Positions 8,657-18,907 of a stretch of DNA of 64,000 nt are shown in pieces. The stretch is from an uncultured Armatimonadia bacterium (lineage in GTDB: Bacteria > Armatimonadota > Zipacnadia > CAVVLO01). Position 1 is the first letter of the stretch; the number at the start of each line of letters is the position of its first letter. Made by a program: the position numbers and the translations under genes. The stretch lies in the NCBI GenBank assembly GCA_963749155.1, contig CAVVLO010000002.1:320001-384000 (forward strand), in the 5' to 3' direction. The notes beneath the pieces were generated by a model. The model made no database searches. It worked only from the letters and a program-made list of their open reading frames with translations, and had not been told where the DNA came from.

Positions 8657-11600
8657 TCAATCCTGGACCAGCACAACCTGCGGCCTTACCCAGTTGGCCC
8701 AGTCATAAGTTCCATCGCCAAGAGCATCCACGCGCAGTCGCAGTTCAATCTCGCGGCCTGCCCAGGGGGCCAGATTCACCTCATGAGTAGTGCCAGGCCC
8801 TGCCAGTTGGGTATGGTGCCAGACTTCCTTGCCCTCGACGAGAAGCGAATAGCCGACTCCGTTAGAACTGTCGCCCGACAGTAGGGTGCCGAACCGCAGC
8901 AGGAGTCGCTGGCCTGAGGCAAGCTCAGGTAGCGTGAGGTGGAATATGCCATCCGAGACACCTTCTTCAGGGGGATGGTGGAACAGGCTTAGCTGAGTCT
9001 TCCCGTCCAGCTCGACCTGCTCGGGTCGCCAGCCTGGTGTGTTGACCCACTCAGCCTGGTTGCGCAGTTTGTAGAGATCCCAAACCACTTCGCTGGGCAA
9101 CGCGGTATAAAGGGCTTCGAGTTCGGCAATCCAGGAACCAAAGCTTTCGCCACCTTCCCGGATATGAGTGATGTGACACTCTTCGCCGAGTCGTTTAACG
9201 CGTTGAACTACCTCAGCCGCCTGCTCGGGATCCGTCAGCCCGTAGCTCTCGGGCCACGTCAGTTGCAGATACCAGAAGGGCAGCATCAACTTCTCGATGC
9301 GGATTTCCAGCTCGCGCGAATCGGCTTCCACCCAGGCTTTCTCAAGCAAGGCCAGCGATTCGGCACAGAAAGTGTCTGGGTTGGTCCAGCGTGGATCCCA
9401 GGCGCCAAAGCCATGCGCATCGGGACGCTCAGCCAGCTTGTCCATCAAAGCCAGGAAGTCCCAAACCGCTGGCCAGACCTTGCCATAGTAGCCTTTGCAA
9501 AACTCGAGCCTGATTTGCATCGGGTCGCGGCTGGGATCCCACATCAACTGACTTGCGAGATACTGGCGCAGTTCTGCCAGCTCTCCCCCTGGACTCTGGT
9601 AGTTGCCCTGCACCATCACCCCGTTGACACCGCTCTTGCCATAGTATTTGAGGTCGGCCGCAAGCCCCGCCAGATTGGGGTTCGGCGCCAGGTAGTGGGC
9701 AAAATTGGTCGCGTAATGCCAGATAAATACTCGCTTGCACCGAGTCGTCCACTCGTCCAGCCAGGTTGAGAAGTTCGCGCCCAGCCCACATTTTTCAAAG
9801 CCGTGGAAATAACAACCCGCATGGCACAGCCTGATGATGACGTTGTCCCGGGGCGGGGTCGTACCCGGCTTCACAGAGTAAGCATAGGCCAGCGTCTCGA
9901 CCCACTTGTCGGGGTAGCGCTCTTTCATCACATCTGCGATAGCATTCACGAAACGCATAATCGGCTCATGCTGACTACCGCTCTCGTTCACCAGCGCCAT
10001 ACAGTGCTCGCACTCGCAAGCGCCTTCCCCATCGTTTTGGGAAACGTCGATAATCGGCACGTCAGGATGTTCTTCAGCCCACTTCAGTACACGCTCGGTG
10101 GCAATCCGAAGCACGTCAGGATTGGTCCAGCACAGTTGCCCATGGATGGTCTGATCGGTGCGCTTGCCTCCCACCAGGCTGAAATATTCGGGATGTTCGG
10201 CATAGAACTCCGATGGGGGCACTAACTGGCATGCGCTATGCACATAAGGGAAGAAGTCAATTTTGCCTCCCACCTCGGCATCAAGGGCTTGCTTGGGGCC
10301 ATTCAATCGCTGGCGGGTGGCGATCTCCTTCGGGAAACTGTCGAAGTAGAGCGTCTCCCGATACATTAGCGGAGGCGCATAACTGTAATCGAGAGCCGGC
10401 AGGCTCAGCGTGGTTTGCTCTGGAATTACCGTGCAGTCGCCAGCCAGGAAACGCACGCCCAGGTAACGCTCAAGCAAGACGTAGACACTGTAGAGCTGGC
10501 CCCTGTCGTTCTGGCCAAGCAACACGATATCGCGCCCAACCGACTTGAGTAAGACACCATCCTCGGCCAGAGCCGCTGCGCGAGCCTGCAATCTGTCAGC
10601 GCCAGAACGCTTCACTGGCCCAAGTATAAACGCAGGTTTTGCTCCAGCCTCGCTCTCGCTTACGATGGGCAACTCCGCCCCAGAGCATTGTTTTAGGAAA
10701 TACTGCAGTTCCTTCGCGGCATAAAGCTGGGTGGGAGTGGCCTCATCAGGCGTCAAGATGACGTAGTTCGAGGCGCCCTCCTGGGCGATGAGAAGCTCCG
10801 AGGTAGATTCTGCCGCCCCTTCGAACTGGGTGGCAGGAAGTAACTCATCCCAGCTTTCGATGCCCAGGATCGGCTTTGCAAACTCGACGGTCTGCTCCCA
10901 GGCGGGAGTGCCCGCGTCGTGCCAGACCTGCCAGGAGAGCTTCTTCCTGTCCGGTATATGCGGCAGTGGATCGTCCAGCTTGCGCGTCCAAAGTCCAAGG
11001 TTCAACCCGCCTTCCTGCCCGTGGTCCACATGCCGGTGAAGGATGAAAGCTTCGATGCCCGGCATGCTGTCGATTTTGTGCCAGGCAGCTGCAAGTGCCG
11101 CAGCTTGGAGTTGTTCGCCGGCCTCACCCGGCTCAGTGTGGAAACCTTGCTCTGAGAGGATGATGTGGCGTGGCTGGCCCTTGTAGAGCAGTCTCGATTG
11201 CGCCATATACGCCGGCAGCACTTCGATATTCTTGAAGGTTATCTTCGGAGTCTGGAAGCTGAGGGTAGCCTCTCTGTCGTCCCAGAAACGCGGATTGAAG
11301 AGATTTTCAGGATAAGGATGAAAGGCCACCTGCCAGGGGAAGTCTCCTCCCTGTTTACCCCAAACGGCCAGCTTGTCGATGAAGTCCTTGCCAGGAAAGC
11401 CTTTCAGCGGGTCGTTGTAGTAGTTCTCTGTCCAGCTCTGGGTCATCGAAACATAAGTCCGAAGCTCTGGATGGGTGCTGCGCGCAATCAGGTCGGTCAC
11501 GCGCAAGGTCCGACCGTAATCCTCGATTAGCTCATCAAGGGTCGCCTTGCCCATATTGTGCCAGTCCCAGTGGGCCTGGACCTCGTTGCCCACGACGAAG

Positions 11601-12409
11601 CCAGAAATCCAGCCATATCTGCAATCGGGTTGTGTATACCGGTCCGCAAGAAACTCGATAACAGCTCGATAATGCAGCAGGCCGCGTTCATCGGTCAGGT
11701 TGAAGGCGCCCAGATGGTTGGGGGCGCCGGCCAGGTCTGTCCGGGGATGGATGAAAGGATTCTCGGGATGCGGCTCGGATGGCACGCCGTTTATGGGGAT
11801 GAGGGTACAGTTGATGCCCGCCTCGGTAAGAGTCTTGAGCGTGGCATCAAAGCCTCGGATATAGGCCATATTGATTGGTATGGACTCGCCATCCACTTCC
11901 CAGGTGGCTTCGGGAGGATTGCCAGAGAAGTCGACGACCGCAGAGACCAGGAGTCCGAAGGCGGCATAGCCAAGCCCCAGATCAACAGCATCCTCAGGAA
12001 GCTGCACCTGCAAGCCTTTCTTGTTTTTTGGCCAGGGTAATTCGAAGCGGCGGTCTGGGAGGGGTTCTACCTCGGTTATATAATGAGGCGCGCCCAAGGC
12101 GTGGCCGGTTGCCTTCCTCACCAGCAGGAACTTGCTGAACAACCTGTCGCGCTGGCCCTCGAACCGGGGCAGGTGGACCGGCTGGCTGGTTGCCTCGCCT
12201 TCCCACAGAGGCGTCCGGTCGTGCCAGTCGGTTGGCTCCTCCCAAAGGCGATACTCGAAGAGCTGCAATTGCTCTCCAGCGGGCGCCCCCAGTTCGAAGA
12301 GAAGCTCTGTCTGGCTTGCAGTGACACTTCGTATACCCGACACCGCCGAGTAGCCTGAACTCGCCAGGAATACAAGCACTAATAGAAGAGGCCAGCAATA
12401 TCCAAACAC
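8657..12409 (-). CDS. Secreted multidomain protein: DUF5722-like + GH20b-like + DUF4838-like + C-terminal beta-sandwich
   Basis: Signal peptide; 'KKGLQV', 'VVGNEV', 'FHPYP', 'ILSEQGF' (DUF5722-type); 'YAAKELQYFL..SGAELPI'; 'EHPEYFSLVGGKR..QLCWTNP', 'SQNDG..CECEHC' (DUF4838-type). Confidence 0.75.
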   Translation of the reverse strand: MFGYCWPLLLVLVFLASSGYSAVSGIRSVTASQTELLFELGAPAGEQLQLFEYRLWEEPTDWHDRTPLWEGEATSQPVHLPRFEGQRDRLFSKFLLVRKATGHALGAPHYITEVEPLPDRRFELPWPKNKKGLQVQLPEDAVDLGLGYAAFGLLVSAVVDFSGNPPEATWEVDGESIPINMAYIRGFDATLKTLTEAGINCTLIPINGVPSEPHPENPFIHPRTDLAGAPNHLGAFNLTDERGLLHYRAVIEFLADRYTQPDCRYGWISGFVVGNEVQAHWDWHNMGKATLDELIEDYGRTLRVTDLIARSTHPELRTYVSMTQSWTENYYNDPLKGFPGKDFIDKLAVWGKQGGDFPWQVAFHPYPENLFNPRFWDDREATLSFQTPKITFKNIEVLPAYMAQSRLLYKGQPRHIILSEQGFHTEPGEAGEQLQAAALAAAWHKIDSMPGIEAFILHRHVDHGQEGGLNLGLWTRKLDDPLPHIPDRKKLSWQVWHDAGTPAWEQTVEFAKPILGIESWDELLPATQFEGAAESTSELLIAQEGASNYVILTPDEATPTQLYAAKELQYFLKQCSGAELPIVSESEAGAKPAFILGPVKRSGADRLQARAAALAEDGVLLKSVGRDIVLLGQNDRGQLYSVYVLLERYLGVRFLAGDCTVIPEQTTLSLPALDYSYAPPLMYRETLYFDSFPKEIATRQRLNGPKQALDAEVGGKIDFFPYVHSACQLVPPSEFYAEHPEYFSLVGGKRTDQTIHGQLCWTNPDVLRIATERVLKWAEEHPDVPIIDVSQNDGEGACECEHCMALVNESGSQHEPIMRFVNAIADVMKERYPDKWVETLAYAYSVKPGTTPPRDNVIIRLCHAGCYFHGFEKCGLGANFSTWLDEWTTRCKRVFIWHYATNFAHYLAPNPNLAGLAADLKYYGKSGVNGVMVQGNYQSPGGELAELRQYLASQLMWDPSRDPMQIRLEFCKGYYGKVWPAVWDFLALMDKLAERPDAHGFGAWDPRWTNPDTFCAESLALLEKAWVEADSRELEIRIEKLMLPFWYLQLTWPESYGLTDPEQAAEVVQRVKRLGEECHITHIREGGESFGSWIAELEALYTALPSEVVWDLYKLRNQAEWVNTPGWRPEQVELDGKTQLSLFHHPPEEGVSDGIFHLTLPELASGQRLLLRFGTLLSGDSSNGVGYSLLVEGKEVWHHTQLAGPGTTHEVNLAPWAGREIELRLRVDALGDGTYDWANWVRPQVVLVQD

Positions 12410-12566
12410 GACGCTCCCTCCAGCAGGGGCTTCAAATCAACTAGCTGGCATTGTAGCAGCTTGGGGCCAAAGTGACTCCAGGCAAAGGGCGCGAATTGCG
12501 CCTGCTTCCAGTGGCTGGTAATATGCTGTGGCGCTCGAATCTCGTTCTTATGCGATAAGGAGCGAT

Positions 12567-14018
12567 ATGGCCTCAGGGCTTTCCCGCAGAGACGCCAAAG
12601 GCAGCGCTGTAACCCTTGGCACGAAGGCGACGGCCACGCTCATCTCTCTGGGCGGAACCGCTGTATTCGCGCGGCTACTAACTCCAGGCGACTTTGGCCT
12701 GGTCGATATGCTCGGTACGGGCCTTGCCCTGATGGGCACTTTCGGCAACTTCGGTCTTAGCCAGGCGACCGTCCAGAAATATGACCTCAAACGAGGCGAA
12801 GTTAACAACCTTTTCTGGCTTAACTGCCTCTTCGGGCTGACGCTTTGGGGTGTCTGCTCGCTGCTTGCTCCACTGATTGCCCTCTTCTATGGGGTGCCAG
12901 AACTAACCGCCGTGGCGCGTGTCGGCAGTTTTGTGTTCGTCTGGGCTGCGTTGAAAGCCCAACCAGAGGCCTTATTGCAGCGGCGGGGGCATTTTCTCGA
13001 ACTCGGAGCGGCCCAGATTGGTGGCCAGGCTATTGGCCTTGCAGCGGGCATCTGGGTTGCTACTCACGGCGGCACCTACTGGGCGCTCATAACAAACAGT
13101 ATAACCTCCACCTTTGCCACGGCCCTCTTTGGATTATGGTTTGCGCGCTTTGTGCCTGGCAGCTGGGATCGCACCGCGGACATCCGTCCCATGCTGAAAT
13201 TCGGCGCCAATCTCGTCCTGTCTGCCTTGATTGCCTTCAGTTCGCGCAACCTCGACCGCATCGTCATAGGTAAGGTGTGGGGAGAGGCGCCTCTGGGTGA
13301 ATATACTCGCGCCTATCGGCTCTATACCTTGCCTGTGCAGCTCGCAAGTGGGCCCCTGGCGACTGTGATGTTACCTTCACTTGCCCGACGTCAGCTTTCT
13401 CCCAGGCGGCTTGGGGTCATTTGGTTCAGGTCGGTCGCTTTCCTCATAATGACAGGCAGTGCAATCAGTCTTATCCTCTCACTGGAGGCCAAAGGCTTTG
13501 TAGGGCTGGTGCTTGGTTCTCAATGGACTGCCATCATCCCCTACGTGCAGGTACTGTGCGGCTTTGGCGTCATCCAGCCGATTTTGAATAGCTCAGGCTG
13601 GGTGTTCATATCAAGTGGAAACACGAAATATATGGTCATAACCGGCCTTATCAACACAGCGGTATTTGCTGCCGCCTTCCTTCTTTTCGTAAAACTTGGA
13701 GTATTGAAACTGATCTGGGCTTATTCACTTGCCCAGCTGCTTGTGGGATTGCCTGTAAATGTAGGCTATATACTGAAGGTGACTGGCCTCGGGCCCAGGG
13801 CCATATTCAGACTGTGGGGGCCAGCTTTTGGCCTGATTGCGTTATGGGGCGCGGCTGAAGCAGGTTTCCACTGGCTGCTTGCCCAGTATACTTCGCTGGG
13901 AGACGTACCAGTCTTTTTCCTGAGTCTGGCCTTCGCGACAGCAACCTGGTTTATACTGGCCTGGTGGGGCCCCTTCGAGGTCATCCAGGGATTTAACAGC
14001 AGGAGGAAAGCAACTTGA
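12567..14018 (+). CDS. Polysaccharide flippase (Wzx/WzxC-like, MOP family)
   Basis: 'ARLLTPGDFG', 'FGLSQATVQ', 'NLDRIVIGK..G..LGEY.RAY'; multi-TM; TAAGGAG RBS before ATG 12567. Confidence 0.85.
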   Translation: MASGLSRRDAKGSAVTLGTKATATLISLGGTAVFARLLTPGDFGLVDMLGTGLALMGTFGNFGLSQATVQKYDLKRGEVNNLFWLNCLFGLTLWGVCSLLAPLIALFYGVPELTAVARVGSFVFVWAALKAQPEALLQRRGHFLELGAAQIGGQAIGLAAGIWVATHGGTYWALITNSITSTFATALFGLWFARFVPGSWDRTADIRPMLKFGANLVLSALIAFSSRNLDRIVIGKVWGEAPLGEYTRAYRLYTLPVQLASGPLATVMLPSLARRQLSPRRLGVIWFRSVAFLIMTGSAISLILSLEAKGFVGLVLGSQWTAIIPYVQVLCGFGVIQPILNSSGWVFISSGNTKYMVITGLINTAVFAAAFLLFVKLGVLKLIWAYSLAQLLVGLPVNVGYILKVTGLGPRAIFRLWGPAFGLIALWGAAEAGFHWLLAQYTSLGDVPVFFLSLAFATATWFILAWWGPFEVIQGFNSRRKAT

Positions 14019-15151
14019 GCAAGCCCACAGTAGCTATACTTGCTGGCTATGTGTCGAGCAATATGCTGGGACGCGCGCATGTCCTGTGGGAGTTGCTGCG
14101 GGAGGATTTTGACGCCTTCCTGGTCGGGCCAGAATATGGGCTTGGCATATGGGAACCGCTGGCTTCGGCCAACCTGCCCTTGCGTATTATTGAAGCCACT
14201 CATCTGAGCAACCCAGTGAAACTGCTCAGGCTGATCTCGGAAGCCGCCAAAGCAGACCTGGTAATCGCCTCCAAGCCTTTCGCTACGAGCTTCGGCGCAG
14301 GTTTGCTGGCGCGCCAGAGATTCGGCTCTCCTTTGATACTCGATATGGATGACGCCGATCTGCCCAGGTTGCCTCATTCGGTCTTTGAATGGGCCAAATC
14401 GGTGCGTGACATCCGCCGCCATCATTGGTGGTGGAGTATGGCCGCGCTGCAGCCTCTTATCCGCACAGCAGATGCCCGGACCGCGGCCACGCGCGTGCTT
14501 GAACGTTTCTACAAAGCCGATGAATATATCCCCCATGCCCGCGATGCTGCGCTCTTCAGGCCGGCTGAGTGGCCCCTTGAAGAGGCCAAAGCAGCCCTGG
14601 GACTCACTGGCAAGCGAGTGGTGATGTTCCTGGGCACCCCGCGTGAGCATAAGGGCCTGGCCGAACTCGCCCAGGCTGTCGGCGCGCTGCCTGATGAAGA
14701 TGTCCGGCTGGTATACATCGGCACTACAAAAGATGCAGCCTTCCTGACCAGGGTTGAAGACCTTACACGCGGGCGTGGCATCGCCCTTGCGCCTTTCCCC
14801 TTTGCCCAACTTCCGAGTCGCCTTGCAGCCGCCGATATTGTAGCCATCCCCCAGCAGCCAGGCGCCTTTGCCGCTGCCCAGCTCCCTGCCAAGGTGCTTG
14901 ACGCGATGGCTATGGCAAAGCCAGTGCTGGCGACCCAGGTGGGAGACTTGCCTGAAGTGCTCGAGGGGTGTGGCCTGCTGGCCAAAACGCCAACTGCAGA
15001 GGGCCTGTCAGCAGGTTTGGTAGCGTTATTAGCTGATGAGAAGCTTCGTATCCAGCTTGGGCAGGCGGGCAGAGAGAAGTTCCTTTCCACATATAGCCTG
15101 GAAGCCGTGCGCCCGCGCTTTGTAGCACTGGCGCGCAGACTGCTTGGCTGA
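14015..15151 (+). CDS. Glycosyltransferase family 4
   Basis: 'FLGTPREHKGL', 'PAKVLDAMAMAKPVLAT.VG'; TTG start overlaps the flippase stop. Confidence 0.9.
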   Translation: MSKPTVAILAGYVSSNMLGRAHVLWELLREDFDAFLVGPEYGLGIWEPLASANLPLRIIEATHLSNPVKLLRLISEAAKADLVIASKPFATSFGAGLLARQRFGSPLILDMDDADLPRLPHSVFEWAKSVRDIRRHHWWWSMAALQPLIRTADARTAATRVLERFYKADEYIPHARDAALFRPAEWPLEEAKAALGLTGKRVVMFLGTPREHKGLAELAQAVGALPDEDVRLVYIGTTKDAAFLTRVEDLTRGRGIALAPFPFAQLPSRLAAADIVAIPQQPGAFAAAQLPAKVLDAMAMAKPVLATQVGDLPEVLEGCGLLAKTPTAEGLSAGLVALLADEKLRIQLGQAGREKFLSTYSLEAVRPRFVALARRLLG

Positions 15152-15160
15152 CGGATTGAC

Positions 15161-15940
15161 CTAACCAGGCAACTCAAAATGCGCCATAAGGCCGCGATGG
15201 TCGGTACCCATAAGTCCCCCAGGGCCTGCCTTCGTGACCAGTTGAGTCACCTCGCACCTCGTGCCCGCAGGCAGCTCCCTCAACGCCGGCCTGCAGAAAA
15301 TATAATCTATGCGCTCTACGGGGTCGTCGCTAGGCCAGGTACCACCTTCTGCCTCGCCCTGCGTGGCTACCCACAGGTCCTCAAAGCCACCCTCTCCAGT
15401 AAGCAGCGCGTAAGTGACGCTCTCAGGCGAGTCGTTGAAATCCCCCGCAACGATGGTGAGATCGCCCTTGGCCGTCCGGCCAACGTATTCCAGCACCTCC
15501 TGGGCCTGCAACTTGCGGCTGACCGAGCTGAGAGAGAAGTGGGTTACATAGAAGTCCACCACGCAGCCTGGGCCTTCGAGTTCGGCATGAAGTAAAACGC
15601 GCTGGTGATGGTCGTCGTAGTCGTCGGTCCGAGAGAGTTTCGTATAGTCATGCGAGCGGACAGGCAACCGCGAGAAGATGGCCACTCCCTCGCAACTTGG
15701 GTGCTCGGAGGGGTAGTGCATTGCCGGCTGGAAGATGTAGTCATAGCCTTCGAGTAGCTGAGCAAACTGGGCAGCCTGATCCAGGCCGTCCACGTTCTGC
15801 TCCTGGTCGTCGCGTATCTCCTGGAAGCCAATCACGTCAGGACTGAGTTCGATCAGCTCTTTGGCAAGCAACTCGCGGCGATCAAGCCACGGCTCATTAT
15901 AGTTCCAGATATTGAGGGTCACGACTTTCAGCGATGCCAT
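15161..15940 (-). CDS. Endonuclease/exonuclease/phosphatase (EEP) family protein
   Basis: 'TLNI', 'DVIGFQE', 'AGDFN', 'RIDYIF', 'TDH'. Confidence 0.9.
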   Translation of the reverse strand: MASLKVVTLNIWNYNEPWLDRRELLAKELIELSPDVIGFQEIRDDQEQNVDGLDQAAQFAQLLEGYDYIFQPAMHYPSEHPSCEGVAIFSRLPVRSHDYTKLSRTDDYDDHHQRVLLHAELEGPGCVVDFYVTHFSLSSVSRKLQAQEVLEYVGRTAKGDLTIVAGDFNDSPESVTYALLTGEGGFEDLWVATQGEAEGGTWPSDDPVERIDYIFCRPALRELPAGTRCEVTQLVTKAGPGGLMGTDHRGLMAHFELPG

Positions 15941-15969
15941 TGGAGTGCCTCCCGCCTCGTTTAGATGCG

Positions 15970-15978
15970 ATTATAACA
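15970..15978 (-). promoter_or_regulatory. Extended -10 promoter for the EEP gene
   Basis: TGTTATAAT on the minus strand about 30 nt upstream of the start. Confidence 0.5.
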
Positions 15979-16008
15979 CCGCTTCGTGAACAAACTGTTA
16001 AGGTTTCG

Positions 16009-16950
16009 CTAGTCTTCCGGATACGGTAAATCCGCAAGGGCTTTACGAGCCCGTTCGCAATCATGCTGAACCGCTTCGACCAGGGCACTCTCACTTGGAA
16101 AGGGCAGCTCGGGGCGGAGGAAAGTCGCGAACTCAAAACGCAACTTCTGATGATAGAGATCGCCTTCGAAATCGAGCAGATGCACTTCCGCCGATTCGAT
16201 CCCGTTATGCTGATTGACAGTGGGCCGAGTGCCGATATTACATAAGGCTGGTTGAGGCTCTCGCCCGCTGACGGTTGCCCAGCCTGCATAGACGCCATGC
16301 CTGGGCAGCAACTTGTCAGGATCAATTGTCAGGTTAGCGGTCGGGAATCCTAGCTCTTTGCCTCTCCCAAGTTCCTCGACGACCTGCCCGGTCAGTGAAT
16401 AGGGACGCCCGAGCAATCTGGCGGCCTTCTCCATCTGCCCGTGTCGCACTACTTCGCGAGTTCGACTGCTGGAGACAACCTCGCCCTCCAGCTTCACCCT
16501 GTCTACCACCAGAGCCTCGGCGCCAAGTCGCTGAGCGAGGTCGGTCAGCATCAACACATCGCCAGCAGAGCGATAACCGAATCTGAAGTTGGCTCCCGCT
16601 GCGACCAGCCTGGCATTGAGTTGGCCAATCAACACTTCCTTGAAGAAGCTCTCCGCGTTCATCCTGGCGAACTCGCGATCGAAGCGAAGGACCAGTACAT
16701 CGATCTGCCAATGCCCAAGCAGCTCGAGTTTCTCTTCCAGCAGAGAAAGCGCAAGGGTGTCTTCTTCGAGCACAATACGCGGGATCGGCCAGAAGGTTAC
16801 AACCAGAGGGCGGAGACCAAGCTCTTCGGCGCGCGCAAGCGTGCGCCTGATGAGGTGTTGATGGCCAACATGCACCCCATCAAAGCTGCCGACGGTGACG
16901 GCGCGCTCCGTCGTGGTCGAGTTATCCTGACGCAAATCGCGCAGGATCAT
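16009..16950 (-). CDS. ribF: Bifunctional riboflavin kinase/FAD synthetase
   Basis: 'FDGVHVGH', 'VSSS', 'GFPTAN', 'NIGTRPT', 'EVHLLDF'. Confidence 0.95.
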   Translation of the reverse strand: MILRDLRQDNSTTTERAVTVGSFDGVHVGHQHLIRRTLARAEELGLRPLVVTFWPIPRIVLEEDTLALSLLEEKLELLGHWQIDVLVLRFDREFARMNAESFFKEVLIGQLNARLVAAGANFRFGYRSAGDVLMLTDLAQRLGAEALVVDRVKLEGEVVSSSRTREVVRHGQMEKAARLLGRPYSLTGQVVEELGRGKELGFPTANLTIDPDKLLPRHGVYAGWATVSGREPQPALCNIGTRPTVNQHNGIESAEVHLLDFEGDLYHQKLRFEFATFLRPELPFPSESALVEAVQHDCERARKALADLPYPED

Positions 16951-17910
16951 CTCTCTGTCTCCTCCTGAGAAAGCATCACTTTTATCGGCGCTATGCCCGG
17001 GCCAGCTTCGGTTGCGGCAGCCCTGCCCAGCGCAATCAGTCGTCCATCGGCGGTCTCTACCCGCACCAGCTGACCGAATTTACCCGGCAAGGGCGACCTG
17101 GTCTGACGGGCGGTTATCGGCTGCCCGTGAGCGAGCACGCCTGCCGTTTCTGGCTCAATCTCCACCACAGGCAAATGAGCAACCAGCGTGCTGGGTGGGA
17201 GTAGCGCTCTGGCCAGTTCGCCAGCCTCCAGCAAGGCCTCGAACTCTTCCAGAGTAAGTGATTCTTCGAGTCTGAAAGGGCCAACTCGAGTGCGCAGAAG
17301 GCCCTTCAGATAACCGCCAACCCCGAGCGCTTCACCCAGCATCCGGGCCAGCGAACGAATATAAGTCCCCTTGCCACAGTCTATATCCGATAAAAAAGTG
17401 GCTTCCTCGCCCGGAAGGAAGCTGAGCTGCCTCAAACAGGAAAACTTCGACATCTTTGACCTTGGGAGTGACTTCCTGACCCGCTCGGACCTTTCGGTAC
17501 AGGGGTTGGCCATCCTGCTTCTGGGCACTGTAGATTGGCGAGGTCATCCTGAGAGGGCCTCGCAGAGCAGGCAAGGCTGCTTCAATATCGTCCAAAGTCA
17601 GGTGGCTGGCCGAGGTCTGGCTTAGCACCTGGCCTTCCTGATCGTCAGTATCAGTGGTGCGTCCAAGCCCAAACTCGGCCCGGTACGATTTGGTATCATC
17701 CTTGAGGAAATCGATGAGTCGGGTGGCAGGGCCGAAGCAGAGCACCAACACCCCTGCGGCGGCCGGATCAAGCGTCCCCGTGTGACCAGTTTTCACTTTG
17801 CCAAGCAACCTGCGGCAATAGGCGACGACATCGTGAGAGGTCATCCCTGCAGGTTTGAGCAGATTGGCTACGGCGCCCCCCGCCGCACGCGCTTGCGCGT
17901 CAGCCCTCAG
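16947..17910 (-). CDS. truB: tRNA pseudouridine(55) synthase, split by a frameshift at about 17430-17445
   Basis: 'KPAGMTSHDVV', 'GHTGTLDP', 'YSA.K' in one frame; 'CGKGTYIRSLA', 'LLRTRVGPF' in another. Start uncertain (CTG at 17910). Confidence 0.9.
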
Positions 17911-18898
17911 CGCTCTGCGCCCCCTTGGCTTGTCCTGCGATGGACTCAAGCAAGATACTGAAGGCTTCGCCTTTACCTCCAGGCACCGCACAACCTGCCG
18001 CTACCGCGTGGCCCCCGCCACCAAGTTCACGGCAGATAAGCCCAACGTTGCAGCACCCATTGGAACGCAGGCTTACTCTGGTATCACCTTCCGGTTGCTC
18101 AACCAGTAAGGCAGCGATAGAGCAGTTGGTGCTGCGCAACTCATCAATGATACCTTCGGTCTGGCCCATATCGGCGCCTGTCTCATCGAAGTCTCTCTGA
18201 TCGAGCCAGCTCCATACCAGGTCAAATTCTTCCATCCGTGAAGCCCGGGAGAGCGCCCTGCCGGGAAGAGCGAGCGAGGTTAACGGCACGCGATAGTAGA
18301 GTTCGTTGACAAGCAGTGTATGGTCAGCGCCAAGGCGCAACAGCTCGGAGGCGACAGCAAGGGCCTTGGAGGTCGTATTACTGAAGCAGAAGTTGCCTGT
18401 GTCGGTCATAATCGCCGCAAGAAGCAAGGTAGCGGCTTCTGGACTGATATTGGCGCCCATCAATTGAGCCAGGTCAAATACTATTTCCCCCACCGCGGAG
18501 GCTTTGGGATCAACATAACAGTGGTCACAGAAGCGTCTGTGGCTGGGGTGATGATCAAGTGAGGCAGTGTAGGTGGCCAGATTGAGCAAGCCCGAAGCTT
18601 TACCCAGTCGGTTTGAATTATCAGAATCCAGGAAAAGCGACAGTTCGACGGGTTCTTCAGGAAGCTCGGATTCGAACTGGCTGAGGTCTCTCAACAATCG
18701 ATATTTGGCGGGAGGCTCTTCCAGCAGCACTGGGTGTACCTGCTTGCCCAGCTCGGTCATTATCAGTCCGAGTCCACCTGCAGAACCCAGTGAATCACCA
18801 TCAGTGTGAATATGCCCGGCCAGCGCCAGAGACTTGACGCTGGTCAGCAGTTCGGCGATTTGCCGCAGCAAAATGGGGCTTGCAGATGGTTGGGACAT
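17900..18898 (-). CDS. nrnA: DHH/DHHA1 oligoribonuclease/pAp phosphatase
   Basis: 'H.HTDGDSLGS', 'DHH', 'TDTG', 'VSLRS', 'GGGGHAVAAG'; canonical position after rbfA. Confidence 0.9.
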   Translation of the reverse strand: MSQPSASPILLRQIAELLTSVKSLALAGHIHTDGDSLGSAGGLGLIMTELGKQVHPVLLEEPPAKYRLLRDLSQFESELPEEPVELSLFLDSDNSNRLGKASGLLNLATYTASLDHHPSHRRFCDHCYVDPKASAVGEIVFDLAQLMGANISPEAATLLLAAIMTDTGNFCFSNTTSKALAVASELLRLGADHTLLVNELYYRVPLTSLALPGRALSRASRMEEFDLVWSWLDQRDFDETGADMGQTEGIIDELRSTNCSIAALLVEQPEGDTRVSLRSNGCCNVGLICRELGGGGHAVAAGCAVPGGKGEAFSILLESIAGQAKGAQSAEG

Positions 18899-18907
18899 CA
18901 GGCTGCC

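Noticed and set aside
16947..17910. Programmed frameshifting or genuine pseudogenisation of truB and the other split genes
   Set aside because: No slippery heptamers or further decay; scattered single-base errors are more parsimonious.
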